Positions 60,812 to 64,000 of a stretch of DNA of 64,000 bases are shown piece after piece (the stretch's first letter is position 1; the number at the start of each line of letters is the position of its first letter). Both the position numbers and the translations under genes were made by a program. This stretch comes from Actinomycetota bacterium (GTDB lineage: Bacteria; Actinomycetota; Actinomycetes; Nanopelagicales; Nanopelagicaceae), in assembly GCA_016870895.1 (NCBI GenBank), contig VGAA01000001.1, positions 13,157 through 77,156 on the forward strand, given 5' to 3'. A model generated the notes under the pieces. That model had not been told where the DNA came from. It made no database searches and worked only from the letters and a program-made list of their open reading frames with translations.

Positions 60812-61664
60812 CTTTTCTACTAGCGAAATATGACCCCACAAGCACTAACGGTAATCCCAAAGCTATTCCTAATGTAATAGGTTCACTTAGAAGTAGCACT
60901 CCTAACAAAACTGCAACCGCAGTATTTAAGTAGGTTATCAAAGAAGCTCTCGGGGGACCGACCTCAGCGACTAACTTAAAGAATACAATAAATGCAATTG
61001 CGGTGCAGAGTACGCCTAGTGAGATAACTGAGCCGATGGCTTGAACCGAAGGAGTAGTAGCCGGCCAAGTAATAATTGCAAATGGCAAATATACAAATGA
61101 GGTAATAATCATTGCCCAAGTATTAATTGCGATTCCAGGTATGTGTGGAATTCGACGATTAATCATATTTATGGCATATGCATAACCAACCGCTGCCAAA
61201 ATAACCATTCCAATTGAAACAATATCTTGCTTGCCGCCAAAAGATTCGATCCCAACAACAGCAACAACACCTATAAAGCCAATGATTAATCCCAATAACC
61301 TGGTTTTATGCCACACAGTGTGATCCCCAAAAATTGAGGCAAGAATTGCTGACCAGATAGGTACTGTGGCAACTAACAATCCTGTAAGTCCAGATGAAAT
61401 TTCCTTCTCAGCATGGGTAATTAAATACCAAGGCCCAATCATCTCAGTTATAGAGTACAAAACTAGAAATGGCCAATATTTTTTCGCTACCCGCAGGCGA
61501 CTTCTGCTTAGGGCGATTGGTAAACATATTAATGCACCAATAAATACTCTAAAAAATACGATTACTTCTGGAGATATCTCTTCAACAGCTACCTTTAAGA
61601 ATAGGTAGGGGATTCCCCAAAGAAATCCAAGTAAGGCAAAGCGGCCCCAGCCAGTTTTAGACAA
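60801..61664 (-). CDS. EamA/DMT family transporter
   Basis: About 10 TM; WGIPYLFLK, AEVGPPRASLITY. Confidence 0.9.
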   Translation of the reverse strand: MSKTGWGRFALLGFLWGIPYLFLKVAVEEISPEVIVFFRVFIGALICLPIALSRSRLRVAKKYWPFLVLYSITEMIGPWYLITHAEKEISSGLTGLLVATVPIWSAILASIFGDHTVWHKTRLLGLIIGFIGVVAVVGIESFGGKQDIVSIGMVILAAVGYAYAINMINRRIPHIPGIAINTWAMIITSFVYLPFAIITWPATTPSVQAIGSVISLGVLCTAIAFIVFFKLVAEVGPPRASLITYLNTAVAVLLGVLLLSEPITLGIALGLPLVLVGSYFASRKVTP

Positions 61665-62603
61665 TTAATTATCTCTTCCTAACAAAGTATTAATCTCACG
61701 CGAGATATCTGAGTATAGCAACTCAGCATCTGCTGTTACTCCACTTAAATTGAAAAACCCGTGAATCTGACCAGGATAATCTTTATAATATGCAGGTACA
61801 GAGTGGCTTACTAGTAATTTGTAATAGTTTTTACCATCATCGACTAGTGGATCATTTTCGGCAGTAAAGATTAGGGCCGGCGCCAGGCCACTTAACGTGG
61901 CAGCTTTAACTGGTACGGCATAAGGATCAATTTGGAATTTACTATCAGCCAAATATTGTTCCCAGAACCACCGCATAGCTTTAGTTGTTAGTCCAAAATT
62001 CTCAGCAAAAGTACTGGCTGATTCATAATTCATTTCATAGTCATTGCAAGGATAAATTAACAATTGATAGGCAAGAGGTAGTAGTTTTGAATCCCTTACC
62101 TTTAGCGCGACAGCTGAAGCTAAATTTCCACCCGCGCTATCTCCACCAACTCCAATGGTCTTTGGGTCAATTCCCAAACTTTTAGCATTTTTGACTACCC
62201 ACTCAAGTGTGGCAAAACAATCATCAAATGAAGCAGGATATGGATTCTCTGGCGCTTTTTGGTACTCAACTGCAATAATGACAAAATCACCGGCTACTGC
62301 TAATTTCCTAAGAGCAGGTTCATATATATCTAAAAAATTTAACACCCAGCCACCACCATGAAAAAAAACTAAGGCGGGCAAATTCAATCTAGGACTAGGT
62401 CTATAAATTCGAACTGGCAGATCTGATTTTGGTCCTGGAATTAAGATCTTTTTCACTTCAAATATATCTATAAGTGGTTGGGAAAGGGCAACATGTAGAT
62501 TGGTATTTTTCCTAAGTTCATCAAGCGGGGCATGCCAAACTGCCGGTAGCCCTAGGTCGCTACGTTCAGATAGATACTGCCTGATCTCGGGTTTTAATCC
62601 CAT
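61665..62603 (-). CDS. Hormone-sensitive-lipase family alpha/beta hydrolase (esterase)
   Basis: HGGGW oxyanion motif, GDSAGG nucleophile, DPL, HGF. Confidence 0.93.
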   Translation of the reverse strand: MGLKPEIRQYLSERSDLGLPAVWHAPLDELRKNTNLHVALSQPLIDIFEVKKILIPGPKSDLPVRIYRPSPRLNLPALVFFHGGGWVLNFLDIYEPALRKLAVAGDFVIIAVEYQKAPENPYPASFDDCFATLEWVVKNAKSLGIDPKTIGVGGDSAGGNLASAVALKVRDSKLLPLAYQLLIYPCNDYEMNYESASTFAENFGLTTKAMRWFWEQYLADSKFQIDPYAVPVKAATLSGLAPALIFTAENDPLVDDGKNYYKLLVSHSVPAYYKDYPGQIHGFFNLSGVTADAELLYSDISREINTLLGRDN

Positions 62604-62670
62604 TGCGGCAGAGTAGACTTAGCTGTCGACGTTGACCAAATATTGATGAATTTAGGGTGGAGTTAATTTA

Positions 62671-63696
62671 ATGCGCATTGGAGTTTTGACAGGTGGTGGA
62701 GATTGCCCTGGATTAAATGCGGTAATTAGAGCAGTAGTTCGCAAAGGCGAGAAAGAGTACGGATACGAATTTGTTGGATTTAAAGATGGCTGGCGTGGCC
62801 CACTTGAGGGTCTAACTATGAAATTAGATGTTGCAGCTACTAGGGGAATTTTGCCTAGGGGCGGAACAATACTTGGTTCATCAAGAACAAATCCGTTTAA
62901 AATTGACGGGGGCGTTGAAAAAATAAAAGAGAATTTGGCAAAGATGGGAGTCGACGCCCTGATTGCAATTGGTGGTGAAGACACTTTAGGTGTTGCGACC
63001 AAGTTAGATTCACTTGGCGTAAAAGTAATTGGAGTTCCAAAAACAATTGATAACGATTTAAACAATACTGATTATACATTTGGGTTTGATACTTCAGTGA
63101 ATATTGCAGTTGAGGCAATTGATAGATTACATACAACCGCAGAGTCGCACCATAGAGCGCTAATTGTTGAAGTTATGGGACGTCATGCTGGATGGATAGC
63201 ACTGCATGCTGGAATCGCGGGCGGAGCTTCTTGTATTTTGATTCCAGAGGTTAAATTTTCTGTTGACCAAGTTTGTAAGTGGGTCGAATCTAGATTTGAG
63301 CAAAGCTATGCACCTATTATCGTTATTGCTGAAGGCGCCATTCCGCAAGATGGCGACATGATTACAAAAGATCAAACACTAGATGCTTTTGGCCATGTTA
63401 AGTTATCTGGAATTGGTGAATGGCTAGCTTCACAAATTGAAGCTAAGACTGGCAAAGAGGCTAGAACTTCAGTTTTAGGTCATATTCAGCGAGGTGGTTC
63501 CCCAACTGCTTTTGATCGAGTACTAGCAACTAGATTTGGCTTACAAGCAATTACCGCAGCACATGAGGGTGATTGGGGCAAGATGGTCGCCCTGCATGGC
63601 ACCAATATTGAGCGAGTCCCGTTAGCTTCAGCAACAGCAAAGTTAAAAACTGTTGACCCTGCACGCTACAAAGAGGCGGAGATTTTCTTCGGTTAG
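62671..63696 (+). CDS. pfkA: 6-phosphofructokinase, actinobacterial group III
   Basis: TGGGDCPGLN, GGEDT, PKTIDND, EVMGRHAG, GHIQRGG. Confidence 0.96.
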   Translation: MRIGVLTGGGDCPGLNAVIRAVVRKGEKEYGYEFVGFKDGWRGPLEGLTMKLDVAATRGILPRGGTILGSSRTNPFKIDGGVEKIKENLAKMGVDALIAIGGEDTLGVATKLDSLGVKVIGVPKTIDNDLNNTDYTFGFDTSVNIAVEAIDRLHTTAESHHRALIVEVMGRHAGWIALHAGIAGGASCILIPEVKFSVDQVCKWVESRFEQSYAPIIVIAEGAIPQDGDMITKDQTLDAFGHVKLSGIGEWLASQIEAKTGKEARTSVLGHIQRGGSPTAFDRVLATRFGLQAITAAHEGDWGKMVALHGTNIERVPLASATAKLKTVDPARYKEAEIFFG

Positions 63697-63750
63697 AAGA
63701 TGGGTCAAAATTGACCACATCCTGCCAAGCAAATTGCCTACCATTATCTA

Positions 63751-64000
63751 ATGAACGCCAACTCAGTTTTTAACTCAAATCTGAAAGCTGCCCAACAGCC
63801 TACCTGGCCCGATCAAGGCGCGGTTGATGCAGTTGTAAAAGAGTTAGCTACCTATCCGCCACTAGTTTTTGCCGGCGAGTGCGATAATTTAAAGGAGAAG
63901 ATTGCTCAGGCCGCTGCTGGTAACGCATTTTGGTTGCAGGGTGGAGATTGTGCTGAGACTTTTGTAGCTGCTACAGCAGATTCAGTTCGAAATCGCATTA
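63751..64000 (+). CDS. Class II DAHP synthase, 3' end outside the window
   Basis: Manual translation MNANSVFNSNLKAAQQPTWPD...PPLVFAGECD...FWLQGGDCAETF. Confidence 0.93.
   Translation, partial: MNANSVFNSNLKAAQQPTWPDQGAVDAVVKELATYPPLVFAGECDNLKEKIAQAAAGNAFWLQGGDCAETFVAATADSVRNRI

Noticed and set aside
370-63375. Many 60-170 aa antisense or alternative-frame ORFs in the track (e.g. 30799-31314, 54373-54882, 62652-63065)
   Set aside because: They overlap well-supported housekeeping genes, have no recognisable motifs and are expected shadow ORFs
63697-63722. GGTCAA-AA-TTGACC inverted repeat after pfkA as a terminator
   Set aside because: Very short loop and no U-tract; it could be an operator or weak hairpin, but a function cannot be supported

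Overview
This is a gene-dense, almost entirely + strand stretch of core chromosome from an AT-rich, genome-streamlined actinobacterium. Gene content, tiny intergenic spacers and low GC suggest the freshwater acI lineage (Ca. Nanopelagicales); that assignment is an inference. The window holds about 72 CDS, running pnp-dapB-thyX-dapA-rnj-ftsK-rimO-recA-miaB-hflX | comEC remnant-holA-rpsT-lepA-hrcA-dnaJ-phoH-ybeY-CNNM | FAH-gltX-tRNA(Gln,Glu)-ndgR-leuCD-hup-gpsA-ddl-thiL-rpmB-recG-coaD-rpmF-rnc-mutM-smc-ftsY-amt-glnK-ffh-rpsP-lepB-rnhB-dprA | era | EamA-esterase-pfk-class II DAHP synthase. I saw no mobile elements, CRISPR or defence island. The standout is an intact-looking SMC with complete ATPase heads and coiled-coil arms in which the central hinge (dimerization) domain appears cleanly deleted. 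Other observations: rearrangement breakpoints that coincide with decayed competence genes, absence of khpA-rimM-trmD-rplS after rpsP, a probable CTG start codon for RNase III, pervasive leaderless promoters, a dual LexA/PafBC-type recA promoter, and a small 3-TM protein resembling half of a Pnu vitamin transporter. All homology statements come from reading the translations and recalled family knowledge, not database searches.
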